From the NCBI GenBank assembly GCA_964016885.1, contig OZ024742.1, forward strand, positions 173,724,001 through 173,788,000: a stretch of 64,000 bases of DNA, given 5' to 3'. Both the position numbers and the translations under genes were made by a program. This document shows positions 52,326-64,000 of this stretch, one piece after another. The DNA comes from Eledone cirrhosa (lineage: Eukaryota). Each line of letters opens with the position of its first letter. Position 1 is the stretch's first letter. The notes beneath the pieces are model-generated. The model ran no database searches. It was not told the origin of the DNA and saw only the letters and a program-made list of their open reading frames with translations.

Positions 52326-54302
52326 GTCATTTATTTGTTCATGATACGACGCAGTGGGACTAAACGCGAAATCAAATAGTTGGCGAAGAAAACACCTTAT
52401 CTGGATGCTAGATTCTGAAGAGATATTGTAAACATAACACTTTAAAATGTACACAAAATTAGTAAATGTGGCAGTTTATAAACACTTGGACAGATATGAA
52501 TCTATAATCGTTAGATGATAATTTAACGTGACAATACGTTCCGCTTGACTAACTTTCAAACAGTTTCTATATACTCAATTTCACCGACATAGCATGAGTT
52601 GATCCGAGACTATAGTAAATATCACTTCTTCAAGATAGCTCGACGTGGGATCGAACATGCAACCTAATGATATCGAATTGATTTCGTCAACCTTTCGGCT
52701 ATACTGCTTTTACTCTTTGCACATAGACACTAACAGAATCAGGAATTTTTGTCAGTTGCTTGCGGCCAATAATTTAGTCTCTTTTATTTCAGAAATGCAA
52801 AGGAATTATGTATCCTGAGCAATTATTACAATTAACATTATCGATAAAAATAGTTAACAGAATTACTTGCTAAAGTGCCATTTATAGGGCTATTAGAAAA
52901 TAAGAGTGCCAAACCTCTGATAGTGGGTGTTGTATATAAATCATTTCTAATGAATACTTCGCCTGTCTACCTAAAATGGTCTTTGACAGCAATAATTATA
53001 ATCATTTGACCCTATAAATATGTTTTGATCAAGAAAATAACGTTATTATAAGTCTATAAAATATAATTGAGATGTCTCAACATTTACAGCAATGTTACTC
53101 AATGGTTTTCGTTCAATATTGGTTCAAATTCCTGAACTCTATGTAGAAAATAACATTAATCTGTCAGGATGCTACTACGTGGAGGCTTTTGAGAATAGAT
53201 TGGCATAAGTTCATTTCACAAAAGCTGGTAATTCTTCGAGTGGGGGGTTTGTGCCTATTTATTTGAATAGAAATCAATGCCACTTACGGTAAAGGTTATT
53301 AGTGGGCCGAGACAGTTGCATGATATATTAGATTTATTCAAATATTTTATTTATTTCATATCCTTCCTGCTTCAAATTTATCTTTTATCTTTCTAGTTCT
53401 TAGCAAAAATAAAAGTTGATTTCACTCCATCAATCAAGTTCACGTAACTCGTACAATGAGTTGGTGTGGTGCCACTCTAAACATTTTATTGTGTGTACAA
53501 AGAGCCTTAGAAATGCATTGCAGTGTCATGTCTTCTTCAAGCGTCCAGTCCCTCACTAAGTTTAGCCTGCTAGCAGAAGCTGTTATTGAATTGTGACTAA
53601 AACAGATCCCGGCGTCAAAAGGGAGAATCACGTGAGAACCAGTGTACCAATCCATTCCTAAAGATGCTTCTGCCAGACATCAAGGTATTCTCTCAAGCCG
53701 AACACCATGCTTTTGAGATAATGTTTCTTCAAATCCTTGATAATGGTACGAACGATATTACAAGAACGTTTCTTTTGAAATCATTTCACTCTATGTTTAA
53801 AGGAACATTAAATAACACTATGTCCAATGTTGAAATAGCATTTCCTTAATTTGTTTCAAAGCAACAATGTACTATTTTGCAATAATCATTCTTTAAATCC
53901 TGCGTAAAGGTATGTTCGGTACTGAAATAAGGTTCCTTCAAAGTATTTCCCTCTTTTTCAAAATAACATCAGATAAAGCTATGTCCAATATTGAACTAGC
54001 GTTTCTTTAAATCATTTCACTTTACTTTCAAAGAGAAATAATGATTCTTTAAATCCTAACAGCATATAGGAGAATGTAATTAACTCTACTCTTATTCATA
54101 TCTAACTCAATTAAACTCATAATCGCCGCATCGGGTTACACACTCGAACAACAAAACTTTATTGTTCTCACAAACATCGTGATTTTGCGAGGCTAAATAT
54201 ACTGAAGATACACCGGGTTTCAAATAGTTGAGCTAACCAAGGTGATACGTAAGCTAATAGCATTGCAGCGAAACTCTCTCCACATCCTAAACAAACCACA
54301 CC

Positions 54303-54305
<3 letters not shown>

Positions 54306-54394
<89 letters not shown>

Positions 54395-54420
54395 CACATA
54401 CTCCATACACACACACAAAC
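54306..54420. repeat. (CA)n microsatellite
   Basis: Directly visible. Confidence 0.95.
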
Positions 54421-57297
54421 ATATCCTGAACCCAACAGCAACAACACTTCCATAGATATCATTTTCTAGTTATGATATCCTTTTGACTAACAATCGACTA
54501 AACTTCTACATGGACCTTACCAAAACACAGCACAACACAATTATATACAGATTACGAAAGCAAAACACTTTCACAAACTCAAGAAATGAAATAAAGATTT
54601 TCTGAATTTAACACCGCTATGATCACCAACATAGACACTGTTGTAGATACATTCAACAAAATAAATAGAGATGTTTCAAAATAAAACCGTATCACAAGGC
54701 GGCATAAGAATACAAGCTCAATTACACAGCAACAAAAGGCTACACCAGCCTTCACACGCAGTCGAGTAAGACCTGGTACTATGTACCATGGTTTCGCTAA
54801 GTGCTTTATGTGCCCATGCATTTACGAACCGACACAGATAGACACTCGATGCTCCTTCCTTTAATCCAGCAGAACATTCAGGATGTAACAGCTGGAATGA
54901 GAGAAGGCTGCATCATCGCATCAGAACTGGGATGATACATTGTTTATCTACCCTGAAAGTATCAAAGGCAAAGTATACCTCGGTGTGCTTTCAACACAGA
55001 ATGCCGAGAGAACGAATAAATATCCAAAGCTTTAATGATTCTACTAAATGTTCCGCCTACACAGCAAATATAGCGAACATTATAAAAGCCACAGACATCT
55101 ACCATAATTCACAACAATTAAACACAACCTAAATAGAACAAAGGAATCAAGGATATAACACAGAGAGCGTGAGAGAGAGAATGGGAAGAGAGAGGGGGCA
55201 GAGGGTAGAAAACTGTAAAATATGTATCCAAAATAAACCGCAAAACTAAGAGTCTGATACTTTATGATAATTTAGCGACATCTCAGTGGTCACGCCACAT
55301 TCTTATATCCCAGTAAAAGTCACGTTATATCAATCAAGCACATCAAATGCCCAAACATATTTCTTGAAAATGTTTCTTTGGAATGGCATGAACTTCCGTT
55401 GGTTTCTACGATGAGTGTTCCATTTCTTCGTTCAATTCAACCGCCTGCTCACAAAATTACCGTTTTATATTGGTTGAGCTTTGCACAGGCACGTGTAATC
55501 TTAACGTAATCCCATGGTGTTTCAGCGTGACGCAGCATGAGATATGACTGCTCTTTGATTTGCAAATACAGTTTATCCGACGGGTTTCCATCAGTGGCTA
55601 TGGTAAATAAGACATACCCAAGATGCCAAATAGCAGAATCAAAACAGGGACCTATTGATTGAGAAACGAACTTTTAAACCATTTGGTCATGATGCATCCA
55701 CTGTTAACATACAGGTAAATGGTAATGATATAACATTTCATTTGCTCATTTTCACATAGAAGCCTGGAAAGTTCTATATTTTCTCAGTTTTAATGTTGTT
55801 CTACGTTTGCAAATGTCATCCAGTTCAGTAATATATTAGTTTCAGCGTAGTTACACTATATTACATAATTCTATAGATTTTTCTGGAGAACTAATTACAA
55901 TCTGGAGAATTGTTTCATGCGAAAAAGGTTTTTCTGGTGAATTTGCTGTATGAATGGAAAGGGAAAAGTAAAGGGTCCTGAGCACCTTGCGTATTATAAA
56001 CTCCGAGGTGTCACTGCAGCTGTACATATAGCCATTTATTTCTATTGAAAGTGAGAAAAAGAATCATAAAGGAAGAGTAGATCTCGGTGCAGAAGTTGTT
56101 CTTTTTTTAACAACCCTGGAATTTCAAAGTTGACATCGGAGGGATTTGAAACCAGTGTGCGGTGAGCAGAAACATATACCGAAGTATTTAATCGACACTC
56201 TAAATACTTTACCAATTCACCGGATTGCTCTATGAACACGAGCTTCTTAATAGTACTGCATTATTTTATATAGACTCAGGCTTCACAGACCATCCCACAT
56301 ATACAATACAACTCTATACATTGATACTACTTGACTTTTGAAATCTAATTAGAACATTTTTTAATATTCTACAAACAAAAACCATGATAATTAGTCGATA
56401 AAGATATTCCTTGTCGAACAGTCTGTTTTTTTAAAACATAGTCAATTTTAATACTTCTCCTCATCGATAAAATACTCGATTACTAAAATGTTGCAAAATT
56501 CCGGAGGGAACTTTCACCGGTAGAACTATTAAAATTTTATTCAAAATCCAATCGTTAATTTCTTTATTGTTTTAATTGTTTTCATTTATATTATCGCGTT
56601 TTTTTTGTTGTTGTTTTTTTTTTATTCCACAGCTATCCACATCAAAAGAAATGATATTAAGTTCGTTTAAATATGAAGCTTTAATTTTGGCACAGCATCC
56701 CTGCGGAGACAAGAAGTACAACCTTGAATGTTTTAGCCGCGTCTTGATTTCCTATTAAAATTTAATCTCTACAGTAATTGGCTTTATAATGATAGTGTTA
56801 CTGACACCTCTTATGCCAGTCATTGATAATTGGAAACATTGATGTCATTCATTGCTATTTGCTACTCAGCTCACGCCAATAGTACACACTTTTAACTAGT
56901 CACACACCTGTATAGAACATTATAGATGCAATGTGAATAATGAATTGACTATAAATCTTGCATATATAACACGAATATGTAAAATAATTCTCAATCTGTT
57001 AGATATCTAAGGTACTATAAAATAAACTCCAAAGGAATTGGTGGTTTTCTTTGTCGGCAGAAAGTATAGTGTTAAATTTATGAGTTTCAGTAAATTCACA
57101 TGACAGAAATAGTGAACACAGAGAGGCTGAATAGTTAAGGTGTTCGCTTCACAGTCATTAGGTCTCATGTGTGATCTTTCTACGTGGCAACTTGGGCAAG
57201 TGTAAGCTATCATAGACTCCATTCGACCCAATAGATATGAATGAAATTATGTAAGGTGGAAAATGTTAGAAAGTTTTGTATCATGCAAAATCACCAC

Positions 57298-57760
57298 AAT
57301 AATAATTATTTATACTTTAGGCACAAGGCCAACCAGCAAGGAAGAAAGGCAAAGCTAACCACGGCAAGACTTGAACACAGAACTTAAATAGATGTAACTC
57401 TGTAGCGCAGAGCATGGTTTCCGGCGCTTTACTGATACTGCCAATTCACTGCCCAATCACCTCAATGATAATCATTTCTAATTCAGGTACAGGGGAAACG
57501 ATCTGTGGAGATGAGAACGCCAATTATATCAACCGCAGTACTTGATGATACTTTTATCGACTTCTGAAGGATGAAAGGCAAAGTAGACCTGGGGTAGGGA
57601 CTTGAATTTAGAATGTACAGAGTCAGAACAAACACGGCAATGACATTTTATCCGACACCCTTACCAATTCTGCCAATCTACTAATTTAATCACCCCAATA
57701 ATAATTGTTTCTACTTTAGGCACAAGGCCAGCAATTACCCAGTGCATTACTGGTACTTTT
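57298..57760 (-). mobile_element. Three head-to-tail SINEs or SINE fragments
   Basis: Each is preceded by AATCACC(A/T/C)CAAT; family body and tail motifs present. Confidence 0.8.
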
Positions 57761-57934
57761 ACCCCAATAATAATGTTAATCAACGTGCCTGTGGAATGTT
57801 ACTCTCGTGGCCTCCATTAGCAGGTTGGAAGAACAACTGGACCACTCATTGTAGAAACCGACGGAGGTCTATTCGACGTGGTAAAAAAAAAGAGAATTAT
57901 AACGGCTTCAAAATGGCCCTTTGTTCGAGATAAA

Positions 57935-58990
57935 GAAATGTTCTTTTTGCTTATGTAATATTTGCTTCTGCTTTTGGCACAAGGCCAACAATTATGCCAG
58001 TGCATTTCTGGTGCTTTATTTTATCGACCGCGTAATGATGAAAGACAAAGTTAACCACGGCGGGATTTGAACAAAGACCGGAAAGGTTTGTAACTGTATG
58101 TTGTAAAGTATGGCGTCCGACCCTCTATCGATACTGCCAATCCACCACCATATTGATATGTAATATTGTTAATATATAACTACGGGAGTGTGGAAGTTGC
58201 TAAATATGTGAATCAACAGTTGACAGTACTTTGTAAAACAGAAAAGAAATAAGTAAATATCAGTTAGTATTGACATGTATCGAGAAAACGATTAATGGAC
58301 ACATGGGTAGGTATGATGATGAGCTAAGCAAAGTTATATATAGCATAGTGTACAATACATAAAATAACATTCGTAATACTGCATTTGATGTGTTATTTTC
58401 AACTGCCAATTCCTTCCATTTCATTATGGATCTATTGGATAACGACAGAATATTCATGGAAAACATGTTTCCTCAAAACTATCTGCCATCGGGTTCTACT
58501 GGGTTTAAAACACAGTTAGATAAACAAGAATTACAACGAATGTTGGCTTTATTTCTAGTAATTAAAGTAGATTTTACAATGTCAACAAAGCACATTTATT
58601 CATATATTAGTTAATATTACCCAAGAAGAAGGTTGTGAATGTCATGTTTTGACTGAGGCCAGCAGCACGGAATACATTCTTAATATCCCTTGTTTAGTTA
58701 ACTGGATTAGTATCAAAGACACAAAAGTATCAATGATATGAATGTTTTACTAAATACAGAAACAGAGCCATGGATGTGATATTCTGAGAGAGAGAGAAAG
58801 ACAGAGAGATAGAGGTACTGTCCCTTACTCGACGAAACACATCACAGGCATTCATAATGCCTCTTCTAGTCAGATAGAAGAGTTATATATGAGCAACACC
58901 ATTTTTCAAACTGTTTCCTATCACAAAGTAAATTTCAAAGAAGATTCAATTATTCCTTCTTCCACAATCACGATATTCTTCCTTCTCCTT
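57935..58990 (-). repeat. Inverted duplicate of 18115-19177, including SINE 57955-58149
   Basis: Collinear reverse-complement similarity. Confidence 0.85.
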
Positions 58991-59601
58991 ACAACACGGC
59001 ATGGTATTTAATCATAAATCTGTTTAAAGATACAAATATGTGAAACGATCACAGCTTGAAATGAGATTTACAAGGATTTTAATCTAGCTACCATTTGCCA
59101 GCTCTGCAGGAAATTACATTGAATTCCCTTCGGGTTTCGCTAAAATATTCTATGGCAAATTTATCTTGATGGATCCGACCCTGTTCCAATGAAGGTGTTC
59201 CATTGATGCCAACTACATTGAATACCATAATAAATGTGTCTCAAAAGATGATAATTCAATCAGAAATTCCCTCAACAAGAGGCAAGCACATACAATATGC
59301 CAGCTCCATACGAATTTCAGAAAATAAAGAATAAATAAAATGCTAGAAAAAATAAAATTAACAATTTCTGATATTTGCGTATATTTACATATTTCTAAGT
59401 GAAGGATAGTTTGTCAATCGAAAAGGCCCATATAATGTATTCTACAGGATTAACTTATTTATTTATGTTTAAGCAATTCCCCTAATTTTATTGCATTTTT
59501 GTTGAATCTCTCTTGTATCCAGGCGTTTATTTTTGCGTCTCTTTTGAGATCTTCCAATCTGGAATATGTTGATTGCTTTTAAAGGAACATACACCTTCAT
59601 A

Positions 59602-59676
59602 GGATGTTTAGCTCAATGGTACAGAGCGCGCAGACGGAATTTATGAGGTACCAATTTTGAATCTTTCTTGCAGCTT
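59602..59676 (+). pseudogene. tRNA-like remnant or SINE head
   Basis: TTAGCTCAATGGTACAGAGCG D-arm/A-box; T-arm degenerate (TTTTGAATC). Confidence 0.35.
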
Positions 59677-60189
59677 CTTGCCTCATTTTCCGTCAATAGG
59701 GGTATGTTAGATGATGTTTTAAGGTATTATCTATATCAACCGACTATATTGACAGTCATTTCCTGCGTTCAACAATTTCAAATCAGTCGACGTTCCAATG
59801 GATTGTTTCCATATATATATATATATAAATGTATACCCGAATGATTTGTATCGAGATATATCAAACATTAAAACATGAGATAATTTTCAAAGAATGTAAG
59901 TACATATAATTACAAATGAGCAGTATAGTGAAATTTAACAAAATATCAAACGGAACATATTTTTCCTTTCAGCTTCCTTTGTATGTAATTTTCTCGGACA
60001 CGACATCATTATTCATTTTAGTAATATAAAAAGATATATATTGGACGTGCTTCTACATGTGAGAACACGTATCTGAGGAGCTCCTCATTCAAAAGTCAGG
60101 ATCGAATTAATCCATCATTCCTCGAACTGATTGGCAGTGAAACATATGTAATTAAATATGTATATGATGCAATACTGATTCTTTGTTTC

Positions 60190-60264
<75 letters not shown>

Positions 60265-60652
60265 ATATTCTTATTCTTGCATCCATCAATCTGGTACGAC
60301 ATTGGATTTACACCAGGAGAGATTTGATTCAGCCCATATATCAGTGAAGTTTTAATCTACTTATTTCAATTATATATTGAAACCTAACTATTGCGTAACT
60401 ATAACATTCTAACGTGTTTAAATTAAACATCTGGTATTACATTAATTCAGAATAACACACATACTCACACCCTCTCGGTAAGTATCTTTCCCCTTCAACA
60501 AATTATTTTTCATTCTGCCTTGTTTTCGTTGGTTGCTTTCTCTTTGTTAATTTTCCTAATATTATTATTTCTAACGTGTTCTTTCTTCTCCCCTCAATAA
60601 TTTGAATGGATTAATTTTTTAACACATTCACTTTCTTCTTGCCTTTTGGCCT

Positions 60653-61125
60653 TTTATTTATTTCTTTACCTACTTTAGTCTTACGAGACTGTTATTGCTA
60701 TAAAAAGTGAAATAACTTAAACTCGTCGTCATATGAAATTATATATGTACCTGCGTAGGCTTAATTGGTATAGGTGATTATTTTATCTTTTCTTCTATTC
60801 CACGGACAACGCTTTGGCTTGTGTCAGACTCTATGACCCCGGGTGGAACAGTATTACCGTCGGTAAGGGTCGAAACCGAGAAACCTCATCTATACATCTG
60901 AAAACGTTATATATATATATATATATTAATAGGAACCAGTAAGACCCCGACAGCTGAGCTCAAGCCGTTTCGACGGCTAATTCCAGAATTAGCCGTCGAA
61001 ACGGCTTGAGCTCAGCTGTCGGGGTGTTACTGGTTCCTATTACCCACTCTACTACCCCAAGTATTGAGTACTTTGGTGCGTTATGGTCCACCTGGTTCCT
61101 TACCACATTTCCTTCGTTATATATA

Positions 61126-61176
<51 letters not shown>

Positions 61177-61204
61177 ATATTATATATATATATATATATA
61201 TATG

Positions 61205-61264
<60 letters not shown>

Positions 61265-61653
61265 CTGTTTCTCCCCTTCTCACTTCACCCACCCCGTTTG
61301 CGACGAATACAATTTCCTTGTTTCTTACATTTGGATTCATCTCGAAAGGTCTTTTTTCTAAGCGCTCATATATTCACCCAGCTTATGCTGACAGAATAAC
61401 TATGTAGCTTGTTCCCTTCCTATCTACGCTTAGCTTTCCTCTTTGTTGTTTACTCGTCTCACTCGTTTTACGCGTTTTAATTGTCCTAATAACTTAATTT
61501 AGTTATTATTGCACCAACGTGAGGTATATGATTTTTAATGCAATGAAATATCTATGATCGTTGGCAAATCACTGATGAGGGACTCATTGTATAACATGTT
61601 ATCCATGTGCAACCTGCAGTATTCTTCTCCCCATTTTTTTACATATATGTATA

Positions 61654-61688
<35 letters not shown>

Positions 61689-61701
61689 GTATACATGTAT
61701 A

Positions 61702-61741
<40 letters not shown>

Positions 61742-62038
61742 ATTTATTGTAAATAAAAAGACAAACGAATGACAGGACTCCAACGTTTTCAGATGTATAG
61801 ATGAGGTTTCTCGGTTTCGCCCCTTACCTACGGTACTGCTGGTCCACCCGGGGTCACAGAGTCTGACACAAGCCAAAGCGTTGTCCGTGGAGTAGAAGAA
61901 AAGATAAAATAATAACTTATAGCAATTAAGACTACGCAGCTACATATGTGATTTCATATGACGACAAGGTTAAGGTATTTCACTTTTTATAGCAATAACA
62001 GTCTCGTAAGACTAAAGTAGGTAAAGAAATAAATAAAG
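60653..62038. repeat. ~255 bp inverted repeat pair enclosing TA runs and nested elements
   Basis: 60653-60908 is the reverse complement of 61782-62038 (diverged). Confidence 0.85.
60928..61118. repeat. Hairpin-plus-tail element in (TA)n, copy 2
   Basis: Palindrome 60928-61041 plus a tail homologous to 14564-14640. Confidence 0.85.
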
Positions 62039-62710
62039 GAAATAAATATTCTTAAAAATACTCCAGCTGAATGTTTGATTCCTTTTCCTTATACTTTCAC
62101 CGTGTAGGACATCTGTTATTTTTTCTTTTTCTTTTGGTTTATATATATATATATATTAAGAGAGAGAGAAAGTGTTTGTGTGTGTGTACCTCGGCTCTTT
62201 ATTTGACATGAACATTTTTTATAAGATTCAATATACACACCCGGTCGTGTCTCAAGTCAGAGCATTCCCATTGCTTATTAACTCGAGACCGCCAGCTTTC
62301 TCTCTCTACAGAAATGACCTTCATCAGCCATTGTCCATAGGCGTAATAACCATAAGCTTTGAGCTTATTTCGTTTTAGCAACCATTCAGGGAATTTTCCT
62401 TAGAACCTAACTAATAATTGGCTTTTTTGTGGCAATATATATATCTTTTTAACACTAAATTATTAAAAACAATATATCGTATTTGTCGGCCTATTGAACG
62501 CCCATTTGCATAAGACGCTCCCACTTATTTTATTATACTTTACATGATATTTTGACGTTCATAGGCATTTTTATGAACCACGTCCAATATTCGCGGTTTT
62601 TCACGCTTAGCGGGTGCTGTGGGAACATAACCCTCGCGAATTACGGGAGACAACAGTGTATATAAATCGGGTAGTATATTGCATATTATACAAAATGTTC
62701 ATATATAATA

Positions 62711-63890
62711 ATGGGAAGATCAACCACCTGTCACATCCTGGTGCCGAGGAGGATATTAGAGGGAGCCAGAGCAAAGTGCCTTCCTGCGGTCATGGTTTTC
62801 ATTGACTTTAGGAAGGCCTTTATTTCTGTGGAGCGTCACTGCCTGATAAAGATATTACAGGCTTATGGAATCCCCAAGAAGATAGTGGACCTGATATCAC
62901 TGCTCTACACCAACATCAAAGCCCAAGTCTTTACACCTGATGGGATGACAGAGTTCTTTGAGATACTGGCTGGAGTGCTCCACGGAGATACATTGGCTCC
63001 CTACCTTTTTATCATCGTAGTGTACTATTGTATTGGCCTTGCACTGGAGAAACACCAGGACTCTGGCTTTACTGTTACACCGGCTCAGAGCAGGAGAGTT
63101 AAGGCGAAAAATATATCGGATGCTGAATTTGCCGACGACATAGTTTTGGTGACAAATACAGTGAAGGAGGCAGAGGATTTGATGCAGGAGGTTGAGACTG
63201 TGTCGATGAGTGTGGGGCTGAGAATGAATGAGACTAAAACAAAATATCTGGTAGAGAATGTTGAGAAGCCAGAAGAGATCACTAATGTAAGCGGGAAGCT
63301 GCTAGAATTGGTTGAGGACTTCCTGTATTTGGGAGCAAAGTTTGGGAATACGGAAGATGATGTGGTTGAGAGGAAGAGCAAGGCCTGGGCGGTGTACCAC
63401 AGCTTGAGATCGGTGTGGAAGTCGGACCTTCGTAAAGACCTGAAAATCCGCCTCTTCATTGCTGTAGTGGAGTCTGTGTTGCTGTACGGGTCTGAGACTT
63501 GGACACTGACCAAGAAACTCACTCAGATGGTGGATGGGTGCTACACGAGAAAGCTCAGGATGGCTCTGAACATTAATCAGTATACACTGAGGATGAAAAA
63601 CTCAGAGCTGAATGGGAACCTCCCAAACGTCAGCTCAAAAGTGACACAGAGGAGACTGAGGTTAACTGGACATGCTCACCGACATCCAGAGTTGACATTG
63701 CACTCAGTGCTCCTGCGGAAGCCCCTACACGGACACACTGGAAGAGGAAGACCAAGGTTAACGTATGTTTATGCCCTAAGGACAGACACTGGTCTGTTGG
63801 TGACGCAGGATATGGCAGCGATAATGAGGGACAGAGACCGCAGGGGAGAACTCGTCCATGGATCTCGGGAATTTTACCCGCCCTAGATAG
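62711..63890 (+). mobile_element. 5'-truncated RTE-like LINE RT (391 aa open frame)
   Basis: FIDFRKAF, GVLHGDTLAPYLF, FADDIVL, FLYLG, LLYGSETWTL, RGRPRLT. Confidence 0.9.
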
Positions 63891-64000
63891 ATATATAATA
63901 ACCATCCTTTGAGCCTCGGTATGAATAACAATGGTTGTGATTATGTCAATGCTATTATTAGCAAGAAAATGTGGGCACTCTGGTGATAGCGCGTCTTGTT

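Noticed and set aside
53440-53850. Higher-complexity stretch as a possible host exon
   Set aside because: Short ORFs with no recognisable motif or supportable splice structure.
60068-60115. CTGAGGA-GCTCCT..AGGATC-GAATTAATC hammerhead-like motif
   Set aside because: GAAA incomplete and no stem I.
61565-61625. CTGATGAGGGA hammerhead-like start
   Set aside because: No downstream GAAA or stem III.
62240-62345. Minus-strand CTGATGAAGGTC motif
   Set aside because: No consistent stem I or cleavage triplet.

Overview
AT-rich, repeat-saturated eukaryotic DNA with no recognisable host gene. The SINE and the microsatellite landscape suggest an octopus or other cephalopod (inference). Most listed ORFs are artefacts of (TA)n/(CA)n/(TATG)n microsatellites. 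Real content: (1) a ~22 kb pile-up (27.9-50 kb) of non-LTR retrotransposons stacked in one (AAT)n microsatellite. It holds five R4/Dong-type RLE-endonuclease copies from two families on +, two Tx1-type APE-endonuclease LINEs on - (one full length and nearly intact), and SINEs. (2) Penelope-like element (PLE) RT/GIY-YIG remnants plus several type-I hammerhead ribozyme motifs in short non-coding tandem or fold-back units inside TA microsatellites (retrozyme-like). (3) A non-coding 2.1 kb LTR element with PBS, PPT and TSD. (4) Two RTE-like LINE fragments, one 5'-inverted. (5) Many tRNA-derived SINEs whose 3' tail resembles the Tx1 3' end. (6) Many long inverted repeats and hairpins. All calls are by eye; no database search or folding was run.
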